Positions 20,816-30,332 of a DNA stretch of 54,244 nucleotides are shown here, piece by piece. The stretch spans positions 1-54,244 of the IMG/VR virus record IMGVR_UViG_3300036760_000101; one strand, 5' to 3'. Both the position numbers and the translations under genes were made by a program. The stretch comes from a virus (lineage: Duplodnaviria > Caudoviricetes). How positions within the stretch are numbered: position 1 is the stretch's first letter; each line of letters starts with the position of its first letter. Below the pieces are notes generated by a model, which saw only the letters and a program-made list of their open reading frames with translations, was not told the origin of the DNA and did not search any database.

Positions 20816-21642
20816 TGGCTCATCATAGTGCAATAGTAATTACGCTTGCTGAGGAATATTCACATGATACATCTGGTGATGTAGATATGTCTGGCGTTAT
20901 AACAAAACAAACAGACAAGATAACATATGGTGGATTAATCTTTTCGGGCATACTTGATACCCTTAAGGCTTTCTTTTGTCCATTAACTGCATCTCTTAGC
21001 TTTGCTGGAGATATAATAAAGAAAACATATAGAAATTTACATGCAAGTATGATTACATATGGAACTATATCCAAATTAACTATAAGAATTGTTAATGGAG
21101 CTATAGGTTTTATTGGTAATATAACCAAGATTCCCGATAAAGTCCTGAGTGCCATTTTAGGCTCATCGGGTTCCATATCCCATGCTGTGTATAAAGTTAA
21201 GGAACTTATTGCAGCCTTGGGCTTTTCAGGAAGTCTTGTAAGGAATATAAACAAAGAATTGACTGGTATTGTAACATTCTATAGGGTATATACAAAACTT
21301 ATACAAAAATATATGTTAAGTATATTTAATCCAAATGGAAATGTGTATAGAAAATCATACAGGTCACTACAGGCTGCATTATCCTTTATCGGTAATGTAT
21401 CGTCAATTTTCCTGGAATTATATCATAAGGTTCTTAACGGAATCGTAGGGTTTAGTGGAACAATATTAAAGACACCCAATAAGGTTTTATTCGGTGTTTT
21501 ATCCATAAATGGAGTTCAGGGTTTAGTATTAACAATAGGAAGAATATTGGGATTTCAAAATCCAATAGTTAAATTCCTATTAAGAAAGGCAGGGATTGAC
21601 CTTACCAAAAGGGAATCGTCTGCTAAATTTAGAATGAGATAG
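20815..21642 (+). CDS. 18-aa repeat virion protein B
   Basis: Same repeat unit as 18781..19476. Confidence 0.75.
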   Translation: MAHHSAIVITLAEEYSHDTSGDVDMSGVITKQTDKITYGGLIFSGILDTLKAFFCPLTASLSFAGDIIKKTYRNLHASMITYGTISKLTIRIVNGAIGFIGNITKIPDKVLSAILGSSGSISHAVYKVKELIAALGFSGSLVRNINKELTGIVTFYRVYTKLIQKYMLSIFNPNGNVYRKSYRSLQAALSFIGNVSSIFLELYHKVLNGIVGFSGTILKTPNKVLFGVLSINGVQGLVLTIGRILGFQNPIVKFLLRKAGIDLTKRESSAKFRMR

Positions 21643-21651
21643 GAGGGACTA

Positions 21652-22143
21652 ATGTTTAAGTTTTTAAGGAAAATCTTTCTCGGATATAATCCAGAAGATG
21701 TGTTGGTTTTTAAATCAGAATTATTTGCTAAAGTAATTCATGCAAATGGTAAAGTAAGAAATTTGGGTCTTATCTGCACAAGAGTTGTAACAACTGCTGG
21801 CGTTACTTATTTGGCTGCTGACTTTGCTGGTGGGTCAAACCACATAGGTCTATTTAAATATCATGGTTGTGGTACAGGAACTAACGATGAAGACATAGAG
21901 AACATAGCATTACAGACACCAATAGAATCAAGGTCAACTGGTAGTCAGGGTTCGGTTGACAATGTCTATACAACCATAGCAACTATAGCCATGACAGACA
22001 CGCATCAGGTTACTGAACATGGACTATTTTCTGCCCCAACAAGTGGAACGCTTTGGGACAGGTCTAAATTTTCAGTAATTAATGTAATAAGTGGAGACTC
22101 AATTCAGTTTACCTATGCACTCACTTGCACAGCTGGGGGTTAA
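21652..22143 (+). CDS. Fibre subunit (tail-collar/fibre-like fold)
   Basis: VVTTAG...YHGCGTG...VTEHGLFSAPTSGTLWDRSKFSVINVISGDSIQFTY. Confidence 0.7.
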   Translation: MFKFLRKIFLGYNPEDVLVFKSELFAKVIHANGKVRNLGLICTRVVTTAGVTYLAADFAGGSNHIGLFKYHGCGTGTNDEDIENIALQTPIESRSTGSQGSVDNVYTTIATIAMTDTHQVTEHGLFSAPTSGTLWDRSKFSVINVISGDSIQFTYALTCTAGG

Positions 22144-22144
22144 T

Positions 22145-22477
22145 ATGGAATTTGCATATGCAGGTTCAAATTCATTCCTGGATGTAAAATTTATAGATGA
22201 TTTAGGTAGACTTGTGGTTCCTACTACATTATACTATAGCATAATGGATTACGATACTGAAACCATTATTAGAGCAGAGAACTCCGAAGCTATAGTTCCT
22301 ATTACATCTACCCATACTATTGAAATTGTACCTGTTGATAATATTATTATAGACACTAATAAGACAGAAGAAAATCATACGGTAAAGGTAAGATTCACCT
22401 ATGCGGGCGTTGGTGGAAGTAAGACTGGAATAGGAAGATACGAGTATCAAGTAATAAATACTAATGTAATTCCATAA
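22145..22477 (+). CDS. Small Ig-like virion protein
   Basis: Likely start MEFAYAG right after the upstream stop; beta-rich. Confidence 0.6.
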   Translation: MEFAYAGSNSFLDVKFIDDLGRLVVPTTLYYSIMDYDTETIIRAENSEAIVPITSTHTIEIVPVDNIIIDTNKTEENHTVKVRFTYAGVGGSKTGIGRYEYQVINTNVIP

Positions 22478-22758
22478 TGCTTAAGATAATTCTATTTATA
22501 CTTTTTATATTACTTCAAGCAGGTGATACGGTTACTACCCTTATTGGTATCAAGTGGGGATGTGTAGAAAAGAATCCATTAATAAGGTTTTTAATGGGAA
22601 CCTTTGTTGGACATTATAGTTTGATATTATATAAGATTGCATTAGTTTTATTAATGCTATTAGCGTTTAGGTACGTTCCTTGGTATGTATTATTAATAGT
22701 AAATTTAATATATATTTACGTTGTAATACATAATTGTATCATACTGCATTATAGTTAA
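22477..22758 (+). CDS. DUF5658-like membrane protein
   Basis: D..TT.IGI..G..EKNPL motif; three hydrophobic segments. Confidence 0.7.
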   Translation: MLKIILFILFILLQAGDTVTTLIGIKWGCVEKNPLIRFLMGTFVGHYSLILYKIALVLLMLLAFRYVPWYVLLIVNLIYIYVVIHNCIILHYS

Positions 22759-22793
22759 AAAATAGAGGGGAAGAAATAAAGCCCCTTCCCCTC
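22757..22793 (-). terminator. Intrinsic terminator where the two arms converge
   Basis: GAGGGGAAG (22765-73) / CTTCCCCTC (22785-93) stem preceded by an A-tract. Confidence 0.6.
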
Positions 22794-22794
22794 C

Positions 22795-23232
22795 TTATGG
22801 AGATAGTCTTTTTGGTTTTTGTGGTAGGGATACTTTAAGGATTTTTAATTCATTCAATAATATCTTCTCGTATTTCTTAAAAAAAGAAACCATATCTACG
22901 TCTGTTATTACAATTTTAGACTTCTCATATAATTTCAAATATTTTTTCTCTCCACCTACATATTTAACAAAACATTGCCTCATGCCTTCGGGGTCTTTCA
23001 TTAATCTCCAATGGTGACAATAATAGCAAAGTAAAATACCTGTCTTGGGGTCGAACCGAATAGATAATCCACGATGAAATATGTGGTGAGCATCAAGTTT
23101 ACTTTCATTTACGGACTTTCCACAATAAGCACACCTATTATTTTTTGAGTGAACACATAAACCCCACAGTAAATCCAACCAACGAACCCAAGTTTGTTTT
23201 AGAGTCTTAACCTTCCTTGTCTTCACTTTCAT
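22795..23232 (-). CDS. NinG-like HNH endonuclease
   Basis: CAYCG...LDAHH...RFD...GILLCYYCH. Confidence 0.75.
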   Translation of the reverse strand: MKVKTRKVKTLKQTWVRWLDLLWGLCVHSKNNRCAYCGKSVNESKLDAHHIFHRGLSIRFDPKTGILLCYYCHHWRLMKDPEGMRQCFVKYVGGEKKYLKLYEKSKIVITDVDMVSFFKKYEKILLNELKILKVSLPQKPKRLSP

Positions 23233-23239
23233 TTCCTAT

Positions 23240-23248
23240 ATTATAACA
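23240..23248 (-). promoter_or_regulatory. Extended -10 promoter
   Basis: TGTTATAAT on the minus strand, 7 nt before the HNH ATG. Confidence 0.45.
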
Positions 23249-23438
23249 CCAGATTACCCTTGGCTTATCCTCATCTATACATTTCTTTTTACTTTCTGTA
23301 AATAACCCTAATTGTCCCATTTATTCCCAATACCATATAATGTCTTGATTTATCCATCCACATATTAAACAAATATCCTGATGGTAGTTCCCATAAACCC
23401 GTATTGGTTTAAAAAACAAGTTACCGCACTTTTGGCAT

Positions 23439-23858
23439 TTATACTTTTCTTTTTGCATGACATTTACCTTTCCAGGGATGATCTTTTCCAGACCACGACA
23501 TTTTATTTATCCCATATCCTTTCTTCTTTTTGATTTTCAAGACCTTACCGTCCTTTATCATTTCAAGTCTATCTTTTTTATAGATACCTAACTTATTTGC
23601 TTTTTTAGTGCAAGAGGAAGAACAGCTTGACTTATTTCCCCTTTCCATTATATATATTAATCCACACACGGGACACTTAACTTCCTTCTTAACAAAAAGA
23701 GGCATTACCTTTCCAGAACATATAACACATTCCCTATCTCCACATTCCGTTACGAAAGGAATGCCACATTTTTCACATTTGGCAAACTCAATATTTGTAT
23801 TACCTAAAATCCTTTCTTCTTTAACTAATTCCTTAAGGTAATATTCTACATTAAGCAT
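23439..23858 (-). CDS. Zinc-finger protein
   Basis: CxxC pairs: CEKC, CVIC, CPVC, CSSSC. Confidence 0.65.
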   Translation of the reverse strand: MLNVEYYLKELVKEERILGNTNIEFAKCEKCGIPFVTECGDRECVICSGKVMPLFVKKEVKCPVCGLIYIMERGNKSSCSSSCTKKANKLGIYKKDRLEMIKDGKVLKIKKKKGYGINKMSWSGKDHPWKGKCHAKRKV

Positions 23859-23859
23859 A

Positions 23860-24417
23860 TTATAGTTTTTTAATAGTACCCTTATCCATGTCTACTTCAT
23901 GGAATGGTGGTTGACTAAATGGGTATCTATCTTCATGGTCTTTTATCAGTTGCTCAAGATAAGTTATTCCATCTTCATAGGTAGAAAATATAATATCAGC
24001 AGCTTCAACAACAAAGGCATGATTATGAATATTAACTGGATTGCCATTTTCATCCAAAGAAGTATCCATAACCAACACAGTATGTTTTCTATGAATATGA
24101 CCAGCAATAAGTTCACCCACACAACCTATTGACACTTCGTTCCTTGCATTGGCACATTCCAGATTCATAAAAACAATATCTGACTTTTCTACCATCCATA
24201 GGTCTCTTTGTAAAATTGCATGGTTACTGGAACAGGGTATTCCTTCATATCCTTGACTCTTAAATTTTATCTCATTTCTAAGCGACTCTTTTCCTGTTAG
24301 TGGATGTAGGACAGTTGCACCACAAGCCTTTAATCTTCTACATGTAGAAAGATAATAAGTAACGGTTTCGGGAAATGAACATCCAGTTATAGGTCTGGCT
24401 ATATAGCAAACTAACAT
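23860..24417 (-). CDS. Nucleoside 2-deoxyribosyltransferase/nucleotide N-hydrolase-like protein
   Basis: YIARPI...RDLWMVEKSDIVFMNL...SIGCVGEL; AGGAGA RBS before ATG 24417. Confidence 0.75.
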   Translation of the reverse strand: MLVCYIARPITGCSFPETVTYYLSTCRRLKACGATVLHPLTGKESLRNEIKFKSQGYEGIPCSSNHAILQRDLWMVEKSDIVFMNLECANARNEVSIGCVGELIAGHIHRKHTVLVMDTSLDENGNPVNIHNHAFVVEAADIIFSTYEDGITYLEQLIKDHEDRYPFSQPPFHEVDMDKGTIKKL

Positions 24418-24555
24418 TCCATATTCTCCTGATAATAAACAATATATTTTCCCTGTAGAGTTTTGTGCATACTTACAATTTCTTCCCAATTCATTGACAA
24501 TACCGCTTCCACAAAAGTGTTATAGATTCTCCATTTAGTTACTATTTCACACACA

Positions 24556-24780
24556 TTATCCTCCTATTAAATGTTTTAATAAACCAAAGGTAGCGATTAT
24601 TACATACAAAGTCCAAAGCCATGCCTGACCATATTCCTTTATTCGATAATTATAAATCACCATGAGAGGATTGGACAATATCCATACTATATTGGCATAT
24701 AAGGACATATTAAGAGCAACAAATATACATCCTATGATACCACCACACATCCCTGCAAGTAATTTTTTCTTCTTAATCAT
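24556..24780 (-). CDS. Small 3-TM membrane protein (PnuC-like half)
   Basis: VWILSN...YGQAWL..LY motif. Confidence 0.5.
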   Translation of the reverse strand: MIKKKKLLAGMCGGIIGCIFVALNMSLYANIVWILSNPLMVIYNYRIKEYGQAWLWTLYVIIATFGLLKHLIGG

Positions 24781-24786
24781 ATTCCC

Positions 24787-25005
24787 TTATTTTCCCATAC
24801 CCCTGTTCCTTGCTAACACAATTACCCAAGTAACAAGTAATATAGCCACACCTAACCTTTCATCTACATGAGTCAATTCCTTAAGTCTAAAATGTATCCA
24901 AAGAAAGCGAACCCCAAGCATTATAAGAAGGGTGATTACAAGAATACCTGCCATGTATAATCTAAATATTTCACCCATAAGTTTACCTTTTGGGGATATT
25001 TTCAT
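24787..25005 (-). CDS. Small membrane protein
   Basis: Two hydrophobic segments. Confidence 0.6.
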   Translation of the reverse strand: MKISPKGKLMGEIFRLYMAGILVITLLIMLGVRFLWIHFRLKELTHVDERLGVAILLVTWVIVLARNRGMGK

Positions 25006-25256
25006 TATACATCACCACTGGTTTTAATTTTTTCATCTTCGTATGGACTCACACGCCTACGGTAGAACTCCAATTTGGAACATTCCAACACTCCCATAAC
25101 TTCATTATATCTTTGATAATTTGGCTTATTTCCTAAATATTTTAAACATAATTTTGTGATAAGATAATTTAGGTCACCAGGACTATGGAACATAGGATTT
25201 CCGTTATCGAAAATATAACCATACCTTATCCTGTCTTCTGGTTTAATATATGGCAT
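25005..25256 (-). CDS. DUF6899-like protein
   Basis: MPYIK...GDLNYLIT...YNEVMGVLECSKLEFYRRRVSPYEDEKI..SGDV. Confidence 0.7.
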   Translation of the reverse strand: MPYIKPEDRIRYGYIFDNGNPMFHSPGDLNYLITKLCLKYLGNKPNYQRYNEVMGVLECSKLEFYRRRVSPYEDEKIKTSGDV

Positions 25257-25257
25257 A

Positions 25258-25434
25258 TCACACCCCCTCGCCCCTAAGTTTATGATAGACATCCTTAACT
25301 TTATTTAGCTCCTGCCTCGTTGCATAGACATCCTTAACTTTATTTAGCTCATGCCTCGTTGCCCTGAGTTTCTTTGATATTCCCCTGATATATAACAATA
25401 AAGAAAATATTATAAAAATTAATAGATATGTCAT
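25258..25434 (-). CDS. 58-aa membrane-anchored protein with a 13-aa duplication
   Basis: Translated by hand: MTYLLIFIIFSLLLYIRGISKKLR-ATRHELNKVKDVY-ATRQELNKVKDVY-HKLRGEGV. Confidence 0.6.
   Translation of the reverse strand: MTYLLIFIIFSLLLYIRGISKKLRATRHELNKVKDVYATRQELNKVKDVYHKLRGEGV
25285..25362. repeat. 39-bp tandem duplication
   Basis: atagacatccttaactttatttagctc(c/a)tgcctcgttgc twice. Confidence 0.95.
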
Positions 25435-25467
25435 ATTATTCCTTTCTACTTGAACATATCTTGGTTT

Positions 25468-26604
25468 TCATCTTACCTTTCGTTCACCAAGGTCAATAGC
25501 ATAAGCAAATGTCACTGGTCTATTTTTTGAGCAACCCCAAATTAGTTGTATAGGTTCCGCTTCTTCTGCTAATTGTTCCGTATATTCATCCGAACCTACC
25601 AATGAACCACCCTTTATGATAGTTATTCCTAATTTATCACCAATAGAGTAATGATGATAGTGTCCCGAAACAATAACATCACAATTATGTTTCCTTGCCC
25701 ATCCTAAAAATTTAGCCTTACCAGCAGCAGTTTCGCCTTGTTGCGGAGCAATGTGTCTTATGTGATATTTCCATCCCTGAATGGATAAGTTAAGATAGTC
25801 CAACTCAGAATAATGTATGGTAATGTTACTATCTTTTATGATGGCTTTAGCCCAAAAATCCAAAACTAAATATAACATAAAATCCCAATTGGCATTGGGG
25901 TCTTTCGCCTTTCCCTTATCTCCCCTAATTTCACCATGATTACCCCTAACCGCTTGCATGGTTACGTTTAATTTTCTTTTTAATAATGCTAAAATAAAAT
26001 TCTGTATAACCTCAACGGCTAACATAATTTGGAATGGTGGTGAAGTCTCAGATACAGATTCTTGTGATGCAAATATACCCATGCCATCAACAATATCTCC
26101 AGTAGAAAGAATAACAACATCCTTAATAGGTGTTCCCTTAATAATATATTGGTCTAACAGGGTTAGAATTTCTATTAATAATTTATTTACCCTTTCCTTG
26201 AAAACCTCAATGTTGTAAATTTCTTTTCCATCTTCGTTCCTTACGATACGTCCAATATGCCAATCTGTAAAATGAACGATTAGGGTATCTCCTTCTTTGG
26301 GTTTATATGTAGAAACCTTAATATCTGTTTTCGGTAATTCGGATAATTTTACTTTAAGTTCTTCTATTAAATCTACAGGTCTTGATTTCGTTTCCTTTTT
26401 GGGTAGTAATCCACATTCTTCTCTTGTGAACGTTATAGACCCCCGATAGTCTTCTGGTTTTAAAGGACTATCCTTAATTTTCTTCACCTTTTTCTGAACA
26501 GAATCATAGCTTCTTCCGAGAGTTTCACATAAATAATCCATACCCTCGGTGACGTAAAGGTTTCTTACTGTTTCTTCTTCTTCCTCAGTCCAAGGTTTTA
26601 TCAT
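25468..26604 (-). CDS. Calcineurin-like metallophosphoesterase with an N-terminal Myb/HTH-like domain
   Basis: TDWHIG, GDIVDG, GNHG and GHYH motifs; WTEEEE N-terminus. Confidence 0.85.
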   Translation of the reverse strand: MIKPWTEEEEETVRNLYVTEGMDYLCETLGRSYDSVQKKVKKIKDSPLKPEDYRGSITFTREECGLLPKKETKSRPVDLIEELKVKLSELPKTDIKVSTYKPKEGDTLIVHFTDWHIGRIVRNEDGKEIYNIEVFKERVNKLLIEILTLLDQYIIKGTPIKDVVILSTGDIVDGMGIFASQESVSETSPPFQIMLAVEVIQNFILALLKRKLNVTMQAVRGNHGEIRGDKGKAKDPNANWDFMLYLVLDFWAKAIIKDSNITIHYSELDYLNLSIQGWKYHIRHIAPQQGETAAGKAKFLGWARKHNCDVIVSGHYHHYSIGDKLGITIIKGGSLVGSDEYTEQLAEEAEPIQLIWGCSKNRPVTFAYAIDLGERKVR

Positions 26605-26786
26605 TAAAAACAATTCCTTATTCTTTCTTCTATTACTTCCATAGCTCTATCATATCCAGCATCATATCCATCTTTATATCCATCCCTTTGACCATCATCA
26701 TATCCATCCTTATAACCACCATCTTCACCATCTGCCCTTCCCTGTTTATATCCAGCATCATAATCTTCGTTCATCTTATCCTCCAT
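26604..26786 (-). CDS. Small protein with GxxxG/YDxGY repeats
   Basis: YDAGYKQG...YKDGYDDG repeats. Confidence 0.65.
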   Translation of the reverse strand: MEDKMNEDYDAGYKQGRADGEDGGYKDGYDDGQRDGYKDGYDAGYDRAMEVIEERIRNCF

Positions 26787-26794
26787 TTACCTAT

Positions 26795-26823
26795 AGTATA
26801 TCATACTTTTTTGGAAATGTCAA
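26795..26823 (-). promoter_or_regulatory. Sigma70-type promoter
   Basis: TTGACA-N17-TATACT with extended TG. Confidence 0.8.
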
Positions 26824-26826
26824 GCA

Positions 26827-27654
26827 TTAAAATAGGTCAGCTTCGTTTTCTGTAAATATCTCATGCTTTGGCTTTCTTTTGGAATCTTCCTTGGGTTCAT
26901 CCTGAATCTCTACTAAATATTTACCTAATTTCATTAGCTTAATCTTCTTATTAAAAACACCCTCACCCCTGTTTTTGGCTATCTTAAGTATGGCACGATT
27001 TTCTGTATTAATCAATCGCCATATGTAAAACACGTTGTCACTGGTCTGCTCGATAAAAGAGCTATCCCTTGTGCATCCCAATCCCAACTCCGTTTCGTCA
27101 TTAAATTTAATAGATTGTGTATGTGCTAATAAGAAAAAAACAAGACCTTCCTCTATAGCCAACTCCTTAATTCTCATTACAATCTTCCCTATATCAAGAC
27201 TTGGATTTCTGCTAATAAGAATATCTGCAAGGAAATGGAGGTGGTCAATGAATACAGTATTTATATTATATTTGTCCTTGGCTTCTTTTATTCTATCAAA
27301 AATCCAATTTATGTTTCCACTTTTCATTAGGGATGGTAGATAAAAATTTGGAATAGGCATTTCAAAACTTCCGAGAAATTGTCTTGGGGTTACTTCATAT
27401 TGAAACCACAAGGGAACGTTTCCAGACTTTATTAAGGCATCGGTGAATGTTTTTGCTAAGGTCGTTTTTCCATTCCCTGTCAAACCACTAATAACTGTTA
27501 AGTCTCCAGGAAGAAAGCCCAACATTGAATCGTCTAAGGATTGTATTCCAGACTTAATATATTTAATATTGGGATTCTTCTTAAGTGCTTTTTCGTATAA
27601 TTCAAAGGAACTTATTACCTTATCTTCACCCTCATAATTAATCCAATTTTCCAT
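26827..27654 (-). CDS. DnaB-like replicative helicase (C-terminal ATPase domain only)
   Basis: Walker A GLTGNGKT, VFIDHL, DSSFIEQTSD, IAKNR. Confidence 0.85.
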   Translation of the reverse strand: MENWINYEGEDKVISSFELYEKALKKNPNIKYIKSGIQSLDDSMLGFLPGDLTVISGLTGNGKTTLAKTFTDALIKSGNVPLWFQYEVTPRQFLGSFEMPIPNFYLPSLMKSGNINWIFDRIKEAKDKYNINTVFIDHLHFLADILISRNPSLDIGKIVMRIKELAIEEGLVFFLLAHTQSIKFNDETELGLGCTRDSSFIEQTSDNVFYIWRLINTENRAILKIAKNRGEGVFNKKIKLMKLGKYLVEIQDEPKEDSKRKPKHEIFTENEADLF

Positions 27655-27837
27655 TTATCCCACCAATCTATGATAAAATAAATCTACCGTCCAGTCTCCA
27701 CCATGATAATTTACCGTAAGTAATCCCCTACTACCATCATAAGCACCTACCATTACCAAAATACCAAGATTAAAATGTTTCCCATTTCCATCTCTACCAA
27801 AACCCAAACTAAAGAAATCAATAAAAAAATCCTTCAT
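27655..27837 (-). CDS. Hypothetical protein
   Basis: 60-aa ORF tiling the operon. Confidence 0.55.
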   Translation of the reverse strand: MKDFFIDFFSLGFGRDGNGKHFNLGILVMVGAYDGSRGLLTVNYHGGDWTVDLFYHRLVG

Positions 27838-28401
27838 CTATTCCTCCATCCAATTCTTTTTTATTTGCGGTGTATCATTCCATCTTTTATATATCAAAAA
27901 ACTATGTGCCGAGGGAACATACTTACCGTTATCTTTTTTCCACTGGTCTGATTTTATCCACAATGTAAGGCTATTGACTATTTCCTGTGCAAGCTCGTCT
28001 GATGGATTTAACTTTATCCATTCCCTTTTTGCTAACTCAAAATTTAGCCTTGCGGATTTAGGGTAACTATTCCAAAAATCAAAGAACCCCTTAGATACTT
28101 CGGGCATTTCCACTTCTTGTCTTTCTATAACTTTCTTAACTTGAATCCATGAATTATAATTTTCATTAAGAGAATAAGATATTTTCTTTCCATTAACTTC
28201 CTTAAGGATAACATTCATAGAAACTAACCTATGTATAGACCGATGAACAGCAGAACGCTTTAATCCAGTTAAATTAACAAATTGACTTAAGAAAGTAATG
28301 GTTTTGTTTCTTTTAAGGATAACACTCAATACCTGCCAGCACTCTCCTGGGACTCGGAATCTTGCAAAAGCATCAAGTATTTCGTCTTGTATTTGTATCA
28401 T
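27838..28401 (-). CDS. Replication initiator (lambda O-like N-terminus with HTH; FW..YP C-terminal domain)
   Basis: EILDAFAR...QVLSVILKR; LSQFVNLTGLKRSAVHRSI; FFDFWNSYPK...W.KDNGKYVP. Confidence 0.7.
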   Translation of the reverse strand: MIQIQDEILDAFARFRVPGECWQVLSVILKRNKTITFLSQFVNLTGLKRSAVHRSIHRLVSMNVILKEVNGKKISYSLNENYNSWIQVKKVIERQEVEMPEVSKGFFDFWNSYPKSARLNFELAKREWIKLNPSDELAQEIVNSLTLWIKSDQWKKDNGKYVPSAHSFLIYKRWNDTPQIKKNWMEE

Positions 28402-29497
28402 TTCTTTCCTTTATTGCTATGTAATCCTTAAGTGCGTCACCTATGAGAAATCCCTTATCTCCCATTTCGACAAAGGAACTGTCACTAAAATTTGGTATAA
28501 TAACAACATGAACCTTCTTGCCATCATGGGATAATCTACACTTATCACCCTTGAAATAATCATATAGAGTAGCCCCTGGACTATCCTTTATTTTCAGTTG
28601 TTTCTTCACTTGGCTTTACTATTAAACCTTCTTCTTTTTTTATTAAGTAATCTGTTACCACAATCTTATTGCACTTCACACATTGGCACAGTGTAGCCCA
28701 TTTTAGCTGAACCTTATCAGCTTCATTTATTGCAAGATTATTGTAGGTAATACCAACAACAACATTTGTTATTGGTGCAACTTGACATACATGTGGGACA
28801 TTTTTTTTGATTTTATACATTCCTTATCCCTCCAACTTATCTAAATTATAACCGTTTATTGCCCCTTCAAATAACACATTTCTTATTAAGTAATCAAGTT
28901 CTCCATTTATCCATGACCTCAAATGTCGAGAACAAAAAAATAGAGTTAATTTTCTTCCCTTATTTACTTCCTCATCCCTACCATCAACTACCACGTATCC
29001 CCTTGCTTGTTCCTTACAAACACAACACACAGAATCTTTTACTATTTTATCCATACCATGCCTCTCCCCATTCACTTTTTTTAAATTTATCTTTAGGACG
29101 AAACCACTCAGGACAATTCTCTACTATATCCTGAGCAAAGATAATAATTTTATTCTTCTCTCCACCCTTCACGTAAGAATAGTAATATGAAAATTCTTCT
29201 TCTTTTTCGTTCTGTATTTTATTGAATACAAAGATTGCTCCCTTTTTCATAAAGGGAAGGTCTTTTAATAGTTTATAATCTTTAGGCTTTGGCTTCATGG
29301 CAATCACCACTACACTTGCAACCCCCCTCATGTAATATTTCCATGTAGGCATTCCATTCCGCTTCACTTAAGACATAAACCGTTTCATGGTCAATCTCCA
29401 TGACTTGACTTTTTAAGTCCTTAACTACTTCCACAGCAAGCGTAATATCTCCTGTTGTCTTTAGTGTTTTTGTTTGTGATACATAACCCTTAACCAT
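28373..29497 (-). CDS. Run of small hypothetical ORFs (28373-28609, 28581-28820, 28824-29075, 29047-29298, 29282-29497)
   Basis: Tightly tiled minus-strand ORFs, several with CxxC. Confidence 0.55.
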
Positions 29498-30165
29498 TAA
29501 AGTAAGCCCTCCAGTTTTTTCTGAGATTTACTTAACATAATTGCAGCTTCAAAACAATCCCAGGCTCCAGCCCTATATAGGTCACTCCATGACCAGTTAG
29601 AATGATGAAATGATTCAGAATCTTTTGGAAACCTAACCAAATGAACACCACCTACCAATAGGTCGTCTGGAAAATTCTCCTCCCATGCTTCCTTATAGGC
29701 AATCATTTGAATAAGGTAATTTTCATGTATCTTCTTTGATGTTTTCCAATCAAATAAACTTAATTCATTATTAATGTAGGCAAGCATATCAGGGGTAGCA
29801 CCATACCCATACTTCTCAGAAACTAAATGAATTTCAGATTTTAATATTTTAAACTTAACTGCCCTCATCCATTTAAGGAAGTTTTTATAAGCAACATTTC
29901 CTAATCGTGCAACTTCTTCTTCAAATGTTTTTAAGTATTCCTTGTCAGGGTCTATTTTGCATAAATGACAATCGGCAAGGTAGTGGGCGTACGTTCCCGA
30001 ATCAGCAGCAACGTCCCTTACTGCCTTATAGTCAATTCCCTGCATACCAAGATTCCAACTCCAATACATTAAACCATCCTTCCCCCAGCCTATGTTTTGT
30101 CCAATTATGGTGGTTGTTCCCTTAACCCTCGTTCCGTCCTTTTTCTTGTAAGGTATAGTTGGCAA
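29497..30165 (-). CDS. PD-(D/E)XK exonuclease
   Basis: GTYAH, SE...YGATPDML...LFDWKTS...Q..AY; TTG start with AGGAA/GGAGG RBS. Confidence 0.8.
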   Translation of the reverse strand: MPTIPYKKKDGTRVKGTTTIIGQNIGWGKDGLMYWSWNLGMQGIDYKAVRDVAADSGTYAHYLADCHLCKIDPDKEYLKTFEEEVARLGNVAYKNFLKWMRAVKFKILKSEIHLVSEKYGYGATPDMLAYINNELSLFDWKTSKKIHENYLIQMIAYKEAWEENFPDDLLVGGVHLVRFPKDSESFHHSNWSWSDLYRAGAWDCFEAAIMLSKSQKKLEGLL

Positions 30166-30332
30166 GTTATTCCTCCCTTATTTCCATCTTAATCTCCAAT
30201 TACCAAATGGCAATTTAATATATTTCTTATATCCATATCTCTCAGAAAAACAAAGGGGATAATTTGTAATTAAGAATTTCCATATTCTTATCCAGCCCAA
30301 GTCCGAAAGAAAGTGATATGATATTCTTTTCA

